DNA of 64,000 nt from Acidobacteriota bacterium. Its GTDB lineage: Bacteria; Acidobacteriota; Vicinamibacteria; Vicinamibacterales; CAVVIG01. The position numbers were made by a program, and so were the translations under genes. Positions 49,601 through 58,831 of this stretch are shown piece by piece. Under the pieces are notes generated by a model. That model saw only the letters and a program-made list of their open reading frames with translations. It made no database searches and was not told the DNA's origin. Within the stretch, counting starts at the first letter, position 1; each line of letters starts with the position of its first letter. Location of the stretch: the NCBI GenBank assembly GCA_040007095.1, contig JBDTVS010000127.1, forward strand, positions 18,958 to 82,957, written 5' to 3'.

Positions 49601-52600
49601 ATGCCAAAACGCACCGATATCAAGCGTGTGCTGGTCATCGGCTCGGGGCCGATTGTCATCGGGCAAGCCTGCGAATTCGACTATTCCGGTTCGCAAGCGT
49701 GCAAGGCGCTGCGAGCGGAAGGTCTCGAGGTCGTGCTGGTCAACAGCAATCCGGCGACGATCATGACCGACCCGGACCTGGCCGATCGCACCTACGTCGA
49801 GCCGCTCACGCCGGAGGTGCTCGCCGCGATCATCGAGCGCGAGCGTCCCGATGCCATTCTGCCGACCGTCGGCGGCCAAACCGCGCTGAATCTTGCCGTC
49901 GATCTGGCGGCTGCCGGCACGCTCGCGAAGTACAACGTCAAGTTGATCGGCGCTTCGATCGAGGCGATCAAGATCGCCGAGGATCGGCTGCTCTTCAAAG
50001 ACGCGATGCGCGCGATCGGCCTCGATGTGCCACAAAGCGGTGTGGCCACGAGCGTGGCGGGCGCGATGGATCTTGCCCGGACGTTGGGGTTTCCGATCGT
50101 GATTCGGCCGTCGTTCACGCTTGGCGGCATCGGCGGCGGCATCGCCTACAACGTCGAGGAGTTCCGCGAACTGGCCGAACGCGGGATCGAGCTCAGCCCC
50201 GTCCATCAGATTCTCGTCGAGGAGTCGGTGATCGGCTGGAAGGAGTTCGAGCTCGAAGTGATGCGCGATGTCGCGGACAACTTCGTGGTCATCTGCTCGA
50301 TCGAGAACATCGATCCGATGGGCGTTCACACCGGCGACAGCATCACCGTCGCGCCGATCCTGACGCTGAGCGACAAGGAATACCAGCGGATGCGCGACGC
50401 TGCGCGCCTGATCATTCGCAAGGTCGGCGTCGAGACCGGCGGATCCAACATCCAGTTCGCCGTGAATCCGGCCAACGGGCGCATGGTCGTCATCGAGATG
50501 AACCCGCGCGTGTCGCGCTCGTCGGCGTTGGCGTCCAAGGCCACCGGATTTCCGATCGCCAAGATCGCCGCGAAGCTGGCGCTCGGCTATCACCTCGACG
50601 AAATTCCCAACGACATCACCCGCCTCACGCCGGCATCGTTCGAGCCGACGATCGACTACGTCGTCGTCAAGATTCCGCGGTGGAACTTCGAGAAGTTCCC
50701 GCAGGCCGACCGGACGCTGACCACCCAGATGAAGTCGGTCGGCGAAGTGATGGCGATCGGCCGGACCTTCAAGGAAGCGTTCATGAAGGCGGTCCAGTCG
50801 CTCGAGCTCGGCGCCAGCGGGCTGCTGTTCAGCGGCGTCGACCGCGACCGTGCCGCCGGCGCGGACGCGGAAGACGATGCCGGGCTGCAGAAGCACCTCG
50901 CCGTGCCTCACGACCGGCGCATGTGGGATCTGTTTCGCGCGATCGATCGCGGTTGGTCGATCGAGCGTCTCCACGCCGTCACCCGCTTCGACCCGTGGTT
51001 CTTGCAGCAGTTTACCGAGATCGCCGATCTGCGCTGGCGGACCGCTGCCGAGGGCCTCGAGGGGCTGTCGCCCGACCGGATGCGGCAGATGAAGCGCGCC
51101 GGCTTCGGCGACGCCGAGCTCGCGCTCGCGTTGAACACCGACGAGGCCACCGTGCGCGCCCGGCGTCTCGCACAGGGGCTGCGGCCGGTGTACAAGCGCG
51201 TCGACACCTGTGCGGCTGAGTTCGAGTCGTTCACTCCGTACATGTACAGCTCATACGAGCCGACGTGCGAGTCGAACCCGAACGGCCGCGACAAGGTCGT
51301 CATTCTCGGGAGCGGACCGAATCGGATTGGTCAGGGGATCGAGTTCGATTACTGCTGCTGTCATGCGGCGTTCGCCCTCCGCGAGGAACACCTCGAGACG
51401 GTGATGATCAACTGCAACCCCGAAACCGTCTCGACCGACTACGATACAGCCGACCGGCTCTATTTCCAGCCGCTCACCTTCGAAGACGTGATGGCGGTCA
51501 TCGAGACGGAGCGTTCGGCGGGTGGCGAGGTGTCGGTGCTGGTGCAGTTCGGCGGCCAGACCCCGCTGAAGCTCGCGCTGGCGTTGCAGGAAGCCGGCGT
51601 GAGAATTCTCGGCACGTCGCCCGACTCGATCGACCTGGCGGAAGATCGCCAGCGCTTCGCGGCGCTCCTCTCGGAAATGGATATTCCGCAGCCGGCGAGC
51701 GGCATCGCCACGTCGCGCGAGGAAGCGCGGGAAGTGGCCGCGGCAATCGGATTCCCCGTCGTCGTCCGCCCGTCCTATGTGCTCGGCGGACGCGCGATGG
51801 CGATTGTGTACGACGTGTCGACGCTCGATCGCTACATGACGCACGCCGTGGACGCCTCGCCCGGACATCCGATCCTGGTGGACCGGTTTCTCGAAGATGC
51901 GTTCGAGTTCGACGTGGACGCCGTCGCCGACGCGACCGGAGCCGTCGTCATCGGCGGCATCATGGAGCACATCGAGGAAGCCGGTATCCACTCCGGCGAC
52001 AGCTCCTGCGTGGTGCCGCCGTTCCTTTGCCCCGAGCGGCACCTGACGACGATTCGCGAGTACACCCGGCGCATCGCCCGCGCCTTGAAGGTCATCGGCC
52101 TGATGAACGTGCAGTTCGCCACCAAGGACGATGTGGTGTACGTCCTCGAGGTGAACCCGCGCGCCTCTCGTACCGTGCCGTATCTGTCGAAGGCCACCGG
52201 CATCTCCCTGGCCAAGGTGGCCGCCAAGGTGATGGCCGGGCGGACGCTGGCGCAACTCGGCCTCACCGCCGACCTCGAGGTCGCTGGCGTTTTCGTCAAG
52301 AGCCCCGTGTTCCCGTTCGTCCGCTTCCCGGGCGTCGACACGATCCTTGGACCCGAGATGAAGTCGACCGGCGAAGTGATGGGCGGTGCTTCCAGCTTCG
52401 GCGTCGCGTTCGCCAAGGCACAGCTGTCCGTCGGCCAGCGGTTGCCCGAGCGGGGCACGGCGTTTGTCAGCGTGAACAATCACGACAAGCCGAACCTGTT
52501 GCCGATTGCGCGCGATCTATCGGCGCTCGGATTTCAGTTGATCGCCAGCCGTGGGACCGCCGCGTATCTGCGCGAGCACGGCCTGCCGGTCGAGGTCGTG

Positions 52601-52867
52601 TTCAAAGTCAACGAGGGACGGCCGAATATCGCGGACGAGATCGTCAACAGGAAGGTCGATCTGATCGTGAATACACCGCTCGGCCGCGAATCGTTTTTCG
52701 ACGATCGTGCCGTCCGCCGCGCGGCGATGCTGCACCAGGTGCCGTGCATCACGACGTTGACCGGTGCGGCGGCGGCGGTCAGCGCCATCCGCGCGCTGCG
52801 TCAGCACGGCGTCGGCGTGCGCGCGCTGCAGGACTACTACGCCGGAGTCGCCGCCGGCGGCGTCTGA
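49601..52867 (+). CDS. carB: Carbamoyl-phosphate synthase large subunit
   Basis: 1088 aa. Duplicated ATP-grasp halves ([21 protein letters not shown] and [19 protein letters not shown]). MGS-like C-terminus. Confidence 0.97.
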   Translation: MPKRTDIKRVLVIGSGPIVIGQACEFDYSGSQACKALRAEGLEVVLVNSNPATIMTDPDLADRTYVEPLTPEVLAAIIERERPDAILPTVGGQTALNLAVDLAAAGTLAKYNVKLIGASIEAIKIAEDRLLFKDAMRAIGLDVPQSGVATSVAGAMDLARTLGFPIVIRPSFTLGGIGGGIAYNVEEFRELAERGIELSPVHQILVEESVIGWKEFELEVMRDVADNFVVICSIENIDPMGVHTGDSITVAPILTLSDKEYQRMRDAARLIIRKVGVETGGSNIQFAVNPANGRMVVIEMNPRVSRSSALASKATGFPIAKIAAKLALGYHLDEIPNDITRLTPASFEPTIDYVVVKIPRWNFEKFPQADRTLTTQMKSVGEVMAIGRTFKEAFMKAVQSLELGASGLLFSGVDRDRAAGADAEDDAGLQKHLAVPHDRRMWDLFRAIDRGWSIERLHAVTRFDPWFLQQFTEIADLRWRTAAEGLEGLSPDRMRQMKRAGFGDAELALALNTDEATVRARRLAQGLRPVYKRVDTCAAEFESFTPYMYSSYEPTCESNPNGRDKVVILGSGPNRIGQGIEFDYCCCHAAFALREEHLETVMINCNPETVSTDYDTADRLYFQPLTFEDVMAVIETERSAGGEVSVLVQFGGQTPLKLALALQEAGVRILGTSPDSIDLAEDRQRFAALLSEMDIPQPASGIATSREEAREVAAAIGFPVVVRPSYVLGGRAMAIVYDVSTLDRYMTHAVDASPGHPILVDRFLEDAFEFDVDAVADATGAVVIGGIMEHIEEAGIHSGDSSCVVPPFLCPERHLTTIREYTRRIARALKVIGLMNVQFATKDDVVYVLEVNPRASRTVPYLSKATGISLAKVAAKVMAGRTLAQLGLTADLEVAGVFVKSPVFPFVRFPGVDTILGPEMKSTGEVMGGASSFGVAFAKAQLSVGQRLPERGTAFVSVNNHDKPNLLPIARDLSALGFQLIASRGTAAYLREHGLPVEVVFKVNEGRPNIADEIVNRKVDLIVNTPLGRESFFDDRAVRRAAMLHQVPCITTLTGAAAAVSAIRALRQHGVGVRALQDYYAGVAAGGV

Positions 52868-53167
52868 GCCTTCAGGTCGGGCCGCCTCTCAGTCTTGGGG
52901 CGCGTTCTGCGGCGTCACGAGGCTCACCAACGAGTCGTCACGAAACAGGACCGCACACTGTCCAGAAAAACCTCAGCCTGAACGTAGTGTCCGGCTTCGG
53001 CCGGACCGCCGCCTCGTTCGCCGCTTCCCGTCGCTTCCAGTCGCGAGTCGTACGCCGAGAACGCAAGAATTGCCGCTGACCGCAAGCGGCGAGCGCGCAG
53101 TTCTCTCACACTCGTCTGAGGGCGACACCATGCCTCAAACGCGAAGTCCTTTCGAACCAATGGCTTC

Positions 53168-55564
53168 GTGCGCCGAAGCCTCTTCCGCTGGGGCTGCGAC
53201 GCTCGTTGCATCTCTTACGTCGTGCAAATCGTTGCTGCCGTCCCGGCCATCGGGCTGATCGCCGGCTCCGCCCTCGGCTACCTCCTTCCTGATCTTCCTT
53301 TCCGAATCGCCGTTGTCCTGCTCATCGCCGTGCTCGTCGCCGGCGTATGGGCGTGGCGTGCTGCGAGCAGCGTCGGCCTTGCGATCGCCGTCGGCACCGG
53401 GTTTTTCATCGGGGCAGCTCTGCTGTCTGCGGCCGCGTGGCGCGACGCGTGGCGGCCGCCTCTACGGATCGCGTTCGAGGATCTCGCGCGACGCGAACGT
53501 AGACTGGCCGCACAGGAAGGCAGGCGGCTGCCTGAAGACGACGAGGCTTTTGCGGTGGTGATGGGCACGCTGGGGACGGACGCCGCAGTCACGCCGACGG
53601 GCGTGTCCCTGAACGTCACGGTCGATGCCATTCAGTCGTACGGGGCCCGCGGAACGAATCAATCCTTTGCGGCGACCACGCCGGTTTCCGGAGGTGTTCA
53701 GGCCACCGTCGCCGGCGCAATCGGCCCCGAGCGTGCCGGCCAATGGCGCGCCGGCCGTCGCGTCCGCCTGCCGATCCAGCTTCATCGTCCGGCCCGGTAT
53801 CTCGATCCCGATGTCCCCGACGGGGAGCGCGCGCTGGCCCGACGCGGGACGACGCTGGTCGGCACCGTGAAAAGCGGAGCGCTGGTCGAGCTGATCGCGC
53901 GGGGATCGTGGGTTGACGAAGCGACCGCCGCGCTTCGCGCCGCGTCGCGACGCGCGATCGGCCAGGCTGTCGGTCCGTGGAGTCTTCGGTCTGCGGCGAT
54001 CGTTGACGCCATCGTGATCGGAGATCGTGCGGGGCTGGACGACGAAGTCCAACGACGGTTGCAGGAAGCAGGCACGTATCACGTGATCGCGATTTCGGGC
54101 GGCAACATCGCGATTCTCGCGGGCCTGATGCTCAGCGCGTTTCGTCTCGCTGGCTTCCTGGGTCGAACGGCGATGCTGGCGGCCATCGCGGTGCTGGTCG
54201 CCTACGATCGGCTCGTCGGCGGCGGGGCATCGGTCGACCGCGCGACACTGACCGCCGTCCTGTATTTTTCGGCGAGGGTGATCGATCAGCGGGGCCCGCC
54301 GCTCAACGCGCTGGGGTTCGTGGCCGTGTGTCTCGTGGCGGCCCGGCCGCTGTCTGTGCTCGACCCCGCGTTCGTGCTCACCTTCGGCGCGACGCTGGCC
54401 ATCGTGTGGATCGCGCCGTCTGTTCGCGCATGGCGAGTCCCGTCCCTGGTTGCGCCCGCGGCATCCATGCTGGCCGCCTCGGCCGCTACAGAGCTGATGT
54501 TGCTGCCCGTCGGCGCGTTGGCATTTGCGCGCGTGACGTTCGCGGGTCTGGTGTTGAACTTCGCAGCGATTCCGCTGATGGCGATCGTGCAGGTGGCAGG
54601 GATGGCGCTCGTACCGGTCTCGCTGGTGTCGACCCGAGCCTCCGGGCTGCTCGGGCGAGTGGCGCATGTCGCGGCGGAGGGCCTGGTCCGCAGTGCTGAG
54701 CTGGTCGAGTATCTGCCGGCCCTTTCCTTTCGTGTCGCTCCGCCCAGCTGGTGGGTCGTCGTCGCCTACTACGCGGCGATTGTCGCGTTGATCTTCTGGT
54801 GGCGGCGCCCGCGTTTACGTGTTGCCGCCCTTGGCGCGGCGGCCGGCGCCGCGATTTGGATCGTCGGCCAGCCATGGGCGTTCGCGGCGGGGCGCGGCGA
54901 CGGTCGGCTGCACCTGACGTTTCTCGACGTCGGGCAGGGCGACGCGGCGTTGATTCGGTTTCCGCGCGGCGCCGCCGTTCTCGTGGACGCCGGCGGGTTG
55001 ACCGGGTCGCGCTTCGACCTCGGCGACCGCGTCGTCGCACCGGTGCTGAGGATTCTGGGGGTGAGGCGGCTCGACGCCGTGGTGTTGACCCACGGCGATC
55101 CCGACCACGTGGGCGGCTTTCCGTCGGTGATTCGCGAGTTTCGGCCCCGTCAGGTGTGGGAGGGCATTGTGGTGCCGCGGTTCGAGCCGCTGCGCGCCCT
55201 GCAGCTCGGGGCCCAGGCGGTTGGCTCGACATGGCTCAATGTCAAAACCGGGGACCGTGCGTTCTTCGACGAGGTGGAGCTCGTGGTACGACATCCGGGC
55301 TTGCCGGACTGGGAGCGGCAGCGAGTCCGAAACGACGATTCGATTGTCATCGAACTCCGATGGCATGACGTCTCGGCGCTGCTGACCGGCGACATCGGCA
55401 GAGCCGTCGAACGCACGTTGTCGGCGGAACTGTCCCGGACCCCGATTCGCATCGTCAAGGTTCCACACCATGGCAGCGGAAATAGAATCTCTGGAAGTGC
55501 TAGCGAACACGGGGTTTGCTATTCGAAGGACGCTACGATTGCAGGGCCACGCTACACCGCATAA
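53168..55564 (+). CDS. comEC: ComEC/Rec2 DNA-uptake channel protein, C-terminus replaced at an insertion junction (probably disrupted)
   Basis: Polytopic competence core. MBL motifs LTHGDPDHVGG and VKVPHHGS. After HHGS (about 55480) the tail GNRISGSASEHGVCYSKDATIAGPRYTA has no ComEC character and the DNA becomes AT-richer. Confidence 0.8.
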   Translation: MRRSLFRWGCDARCISYVVQIVAAVPAIGLIAGSALGYLLPDLPFRIAVVLLIAVLVAGVWAWRAASSVGLAIAVGTGFFIGAALLSAAAWRDAWRPPLRIAFEDLARRERRLAAQEGRRLPEDDEAFAVVMGTLGTDAAVTPTGVSLNVTVDAIQSYGARGTNQSFAATTPVSGGVQATVAGAIGPERAGQWRAGRRVRLPIQLHRPARYLDPDVPDGERALARRGTTLVGTVKSGALVELIARGSWVDEATAALRAASRRAIGQAVGPWSLRSAAIVDAIVIGDRAGLDDEVQRRLQEAGTYHVIAISGGNIAILAGLMLSAFRLAGFLGRTAMLAAIAVLVAYDRLVGGGASVDRATLTAVLYFSARVIDQRGPPLNALGFVAVCLVAARPLSVLDPAFVLTFGATLAIVWIAPSVRAWRVPSLVAPAASMLAASAATELMLLPVGALAFARVTFAGLVLNFAAIPLMAIVQVAGMALVPVSLVSTRASGLLGRVAHVAAEGLVRSAELVEYLPALSFRVAPPSWWVVVAYYAAIVALIFWWRRPRLRVAALGAAAGAAIWIVGQPWAFAAGRGDGRLHLTFLDVGQGDAALIRFPRGAAVLVDAGGLTGSRFDLGDRVVAPVLRILGVRRLDAVVLTHGDPDHVGGFPSVIREFRPRQVWEGIVVPRFEPLRALQLGAQAVGSTWLNVKTGDRAFFDEVELVVRHPGLPDWERQRVRNDDSIVIELRWHDVSALLTGDIGRAVERTLSAELSRTPIRIVKVPHHGSGNRISGSASEHGVCYSKDATIAGPRYTA

Positions 55565-55576
55565 ACACGCATAGTT

Positions 55577-56317
55577 TTGCAAGGTCGCGCGGACCCGATG
55601 GGCACAAAAACAGTCACAATGGATACAATCGCTCTGGCGATGGCCCACAGAAATCGGCTCCCTGAACCGAAGCGCTTTCAATCTGTTGTTGAATGGCAGT
55701 TTCCGCGTGCTCATCGATATTTTGACGACTGTGGCAAATTGATCGCAGTCATCGAGCAGGCATTCCCGGGGCTCATCTGTCAGGGAATGTCGCCGGACGG
55801 ATTTCGCTTCGTGGGCTCGTCGCATGGAATCACCGCCGCACATTTTTACTGGGAGAAGGCCTCCGTTTCGCAGGTTGGCAAGGGTGACGCCGGGCTTGCT
55901 GACGCCACGGTTCGTTTCTGGTCGCTTGTGCAGGCGGGCTTAGGGATTTCAAGCGTTAGTCGACTTGGTCACCGAACCTGGCTCCTGTATGAAACCAACA
56001 CGCAAGCGGATGCGAATCACTGGCTCAGCGGTTTCAGGTTTCTAGCGTTTGATCGCGAGGGAGGGGACGTGCTGGGCACCCCTGACGCTGGCGGCTCGGT
56101 AATACGGACCAAGCTTGAGGTCGGAGGGCGACGCTTGCGGCTTGAGGTGAACGCGGGCACTGCCAGCATCAATCAAAAACAAGTGCACGGCGTATTCGTC
56201 GACGCTGACATTGTGCTTGAGCCGCTGGACTCTACAGAGAATCTGGGCGAATTCGTTTCGTGGAACGGAACGTTCATTCGTGAAAACATCGAACCTTGGT
56301 TTCGGGGAAAGAAATAA
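55577..56317 (+). CDS. Hypothetical protein, TIGR04255-like by my reading
   Basis: 246 aa (TTG 55577; ATG alternatives at 55598 and 55619). N-terminal LPEPKRFQSVVEWQF...IAVIEQAFPGL resembles the uncharacterised TIGR04255 family. First gene inside the junction. Confidence 0.4.
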   Translation: MQGRADPMGTKTVTMDTIALAMAHRNRLPEPKRFQSVVEWQFPRAHRYFDDCGKLIAVIEQAFPGLICQGMSPDGFRFVGSSHGITAAHFYWEKASVSQVGKGDAGLADATVRFWSLVQAGLGISSVSRLGHRTWLLYETNTQADANHWLSGFRFLAFDREGGDVLGTPDAGGSVIRTKLEVGGRRLRLEVNAGTASINQKQVHGVFVDADIVLEPLDSTENLGEFVSWNGTFIRENIEPWFRGKK

Positions 56318-56320
56318 AAG

Positions 56321-56749
56321 ATGGCGAATCAGGGATCGGCTGCAGTCTTCAATTTTCCACGGCGTGACACTTCCGCTCCATCCGACGTGTCCGCGCCTGT
56401 TTCGTCGCCCACAAGGTTGACCGGCGCAACCGCGCCGGACTTTCAGCCGACGGTGGCGAGCCAGTCGAGCGCCGCCCGGCCCGTTCAACTGGCAACGATC
56501 CAGAATCTCGGGAACGGTCATGTTTTGGTTCATCCGCTATACGTGAGCATCGATCAGTCCGGTGATGAATGGTTTGCGATGTCGCACGACTTGGGTTTGG
56601 TGGGTCGCGGAGAATCGGATCTCGATGCGATCGACGACCTGCGCGCTAGCATTCGAGAGTTATGGGAATCGCTCACCGAAATGCGGGACAACCTCGGACC
56701 ACTGCTTCGTGACCAGCTCAGATTTCTCGAGCGACTTTCGGGTGTGTGA
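56321..56749 (+). CDS. HicB/UPF0150-fold antitoxin-like protein with disordered N-terminus
   Basis: Starts 3 nt after the upstream stop. Low-complexity S/P/A N-terminus, then VSIDQSGDEWFAMSHDLGLVGRGESDLDAIDDLRASIRELWESL. Confidence 0.5.
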   Translation: MANQGSAAVFNFPRRDTSAPSDVSAPVSSPTRLTGATAPDFQPTVASQSSAARPVQLATIQNLGNGHVLVHPLYVSIDQSGDEWFAMSHDLGLVGRGESDLDAIDDLRASIRELWESLTEMRDNLGPLLRDQLRFLERLSGV

Positions 56750-56752
56750 TCA

Positions 56753-57034
56753 GTGCCGCTGACCGTCCGGGAGTTCGAGATAGTCATCGGCAAACTGCAC
56801 ATGGTGGCGCGCGAAAGTAAACACAGGTTTGTCTGGCTAGAGCACGAGGGGAAGAAGATCCTTTACACGGAGCGCTCGCACGGTCGAGGCGATATCGGTC
56901 GCGTCGAACACGCCATCCGGCGGCAGCTTAAGGTGAACTCTGCCCAGTTTCGTGATCTCGTCAACTGTCCAATGACGAGAGAGTTGTACATCGAACATCT
57001 GAAGAAGATCGGCGCGATCGACGCCGACAACTGA
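56753..57034 (+). CDS. HicA/YcfA-like putative toxin
   Basis: GTG start 3 nt after the upstream stop. 93 aa. FEIVIGKLHMVARESKHRFVWLEHEGKKILYTERSHGRGDIGRVEHAIRRQLKV matches the HicA layout but lacks the canonical GSH. Confidence 0.4.
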   Translation: MPLTVREFEIVIGKLHMVARESKHRFVWLEHEGKKILYTERSHGRGDIGRVEHAIRRQLKVNSAQFRDLVNCPMTRELYIEHLKKIGAIDADN

Positions 57035-57141
57035 GTAACGCTCCTCAAATTTCGACGGCTAGGGTAGCTCCCGAAGAGTCGGTCTCCGTCCGACCTGCCG
57101 TCGATTCCTCCTACCCCACGGAGCTGCTTACGGAGGGCAGG

Positions 57142-57786
57142 ATGCCAAGTGGTCACGACGAACGTAAGCGTGCTGGGTCCGGCGAGTACGTCTTTGTCGG
57201 CACCAACGCGGTGGTCCGCACCACATTCCTGAACACCGTCTTCACGCACGCGCGCTTTGTGTTTGATGAGCTCCTCGCTCTGAAGGGTCATGTCTCAACG
57301 GAAGACTTCGACCCACTAACTGGTGAGACTCGAGTGTTGTTGTTGGCCTGGGCCTACAAGTGGGGGCTCACTGATCAATGGGCTTTGGATATGGCTCGGG
57401 CGACGTTGGCATGGCACATCGATAACCCAGATGATCCCCCGAGTTGGTGGCACGGCGTCCGTTCTGACGGCGGTTGGATTCCTACTGCCTGGCCGACTTT
57501 GACCTGGGACCCGATGAAGGATCGTGAGGACGTATTCAAGCGGCAACGGGTGAAGGCCTACATTGCGGAGGTTCGCGCTTTCGCTGAGAGCAACGGCTTC
57601 ATCCGGACACCGCAGAAGCCGCAACTCTTCCAGCACTGCCGATGGGTGGTGCATTACCAGATCGAACGCTTGAGTTACGCAGATATCGAGGCCCGGTACG
57701 GAAATGACGACCACGACCGCATATCAACGATCGAAAAAGCGGTGCGCTCGACGGCTCGTCTCGCCGGGTTGACACTCCGGAAGTAG
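57142..57786 (+). CDS. Hypothetical Trp-rich protein with C-terminal HTH-like segment
   Basis: ATG preceded by GGAGGGCAGG. 214 aa. C-terminal LSYADIEARYG...STIEKAVRSTARLAGLTL resembles a sigma-70 region 4 / LuxR-type HTH. Confidence 0.5.
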   Translation: MPSGHDERKRAGSGEYVFVGTNAVVRTTFLNTVFTHARFVFDELLALKGHVSTEDFDPLTGETRVLLLAWAYKWGLTDQWALDMARATLAWHIDNPDDPPSWWHGVRSDGGWIPTAWPTLTWDPMKDREDVFKRQRVKAYIAEVRAFAESNGFIRTPQKPQLFQHCRWVVHYQIERLSYADIEARYGNDDHDRISTIEKAVRSTARLAGLTLRK

Positions 57787-57844
57787 AACGCGCAGTTTCT
57801 GCTTCCGTGATGTTCTGCTCGCTGTGCGCGAAACTGCACGAATC

Positions 57845-58054
57845 ATGTTGCAGTCACAACAGCCGAACGTCCATGCCCTCCTAATTCGCACTCGCGACGT
57901 CGCAACCATCCTCGGGGTTTCAGAACGGCAAGTTCAGCTTTGGACCCGTGCTGGCCAGCTACATCCGGTGCGAATCCCTGGGATTCGGGCCACTCGGTTC
58001 CAGCGGTCAGAGGTTGAGGCGCTCGCCGCGACGTGGTGCGAAGCCGCGTCGTGA
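57845..58054 (+). CDS. Excisionase/AlpA-family HTH DNA-binding protein
   Basis: LIRTRDVATILGVSERQVQLWTRAGQLHPVRIPGIRATRFQRSEVEAL, an HTH_17/excisionase-like pattern. Alternative start at 57824. Confidence 0.7.
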   Translation: MLQSQQPNVHALLIRTRDVATILGVSERQVQLWTRAGQLHPVRIPGIRATRFQRSEVEALAATWCEAAS

Positions 58055-58479
58055 GCGCTGTTCCTGAGCGCCAACTCCCGAATAACCAAGCTGCAGAACG
58101 CTCGGTTCTCGCGGCGATCCTGATGGACACCAAGGCCATCATCGTCGCGATGGCCATCATCGTCGCGATGGCCATCATCGTCGCCGAGGACTTCTGGAGG
58201 ACGCATCACCAGTGGCTCTTCGCCGCGATGCTTCGAATTCATCATCGCGGGCTGCGGATCGACCTGGTGACGTTGCGTGAAGAGCTGTCCCCGGCGCGAC
58301 TCGACGAGATCGGTTTGGCGTACATCACGGCGCTGATCGATGGTGTGCCGCTCGGAAACGTCGACCAGCACGCGCGGATCGTGAAGTCGATCCGCCGCGA
58401 CGATGCCTCACACGTGAACGACGAACAACCTGAACCACGGGTAGCGGGCGATCCGACGCGGAAGGACGCGGCGGCGTAA
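58051..58479 (+). CDS. DnaB-helicase N-terminal-domain-only protein
   Basis: LPNNQAAERSVLAAILMD...EDFWRTHHQWLFAAMLRIHHRGLRIDLVTLREEL...IGLAYITALIDGVP matches the DnaB N-domain. No helicase domain. GTGA overlap with the upstream gene. Confidence 0.7.
   Translation: MSAVPERQLPNNQAAERSVLAAILMDTKAIIVAMAIIVAMAIIVAEDFWRTHHQWLFAAMLRIHHRGLRIDLVTLREELSPARLDEIGLAYITALIDGVPLGNVDQHARIVKSIRRDDASHVNDEQPEPRVAGDPTRKDAAA
58135..58185 (+). repeat. In-frame 18-bp tandem repeat (2.8 copies) inside the DnaB-N gene
   Basis: GCCATCATCGTCGCGATG twice, followed by GCCATCATCGTCGCC. Encodes AIIVAMAIIVAMAIIVA. Confidence 0.95.
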
Positions 58480-58543
58480 CTAACACATGAACGCCCGCAC
58501 GGGGCAAACCGGCGGGCGTTCTTTTCGATGGGGGACGGCGACG

Positions 58544-58831
58544 ATGGGGAATTGGAATATACGCAATCGAGGCGCTCACGTCAAATTGCGCACAGCGATT
58601 GCGACCTGGCGCGGCAACCTGATTGACCTCGACATCGTCTGCGACGACAAACGGCAGGCGGTCGAGCAGCGCGTTGAAGAACTGCGGCTGGCGGTTCGTG
58701 AACGCGACCGCGCCGCCAAGCACCTCGAATACTTGATCGAGATGCACGACGAGCGCGAGGCCGTCGCCGAATGGTTCGGCCCAGAGATCGCGGCGCAATT
58801 CGTGGTGAGCCTACAAGGCTCCGCGTTATGA
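58544..58831 (+). CDS. Hypothetical protein
   Basis: Track ORF 58487..58831. ATG 58544 has a G-rich upstream stretch. Stop overlaps the primase ATG (ATGA). No recognisable family. Confidence 0.4.
   Translation: MGNWNIRNRGAHVKLRTAIATWRGNLIDLDIVCDDKRQAVEQRVEELRLAVRERDRAAKHLEYLIEMHDEREAVAEWFGPEIAAQFVVSLQGSAL

Noticed and set aside
48113-50974. 953-aa minus-strand ORF opposite carA/carB, plus many similar long shadow ORFs (for example 9577..10629, 16344..17591, 32299..33771, 36691..38199, 14660..15958, 43940..44806)
   Set aside because: All of them overlap confidently identified genes in another frame or strand. None has a recognisable domain. They are GC-driven artefacts.
55480-55600. Searched the insertion junction for a tRNA/tmRNA gene or an adjacent integrase
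   Set aside because: No cloverleaf-compatible sequence and no integrase-like ORF is present at this end. The target appears to be comEC itself, and the integrase is presumably at the unseen right end.
56042-56533. 163-aa minus-strand ORF across the first two cassette genes
   Set aside because: It is antisense to two translationally coupled plus-strand ORFs, and its translation has no features.
58135-58185. Short perfect direct repeats (here and the 9-mer arrays at 43404-43430), considered as possible CRISPR
   Set aside because: The units are contiguous with no spacers and are only 9-18 bp long. One lies in-frame inside a gene. These are not CRISPR arrays.
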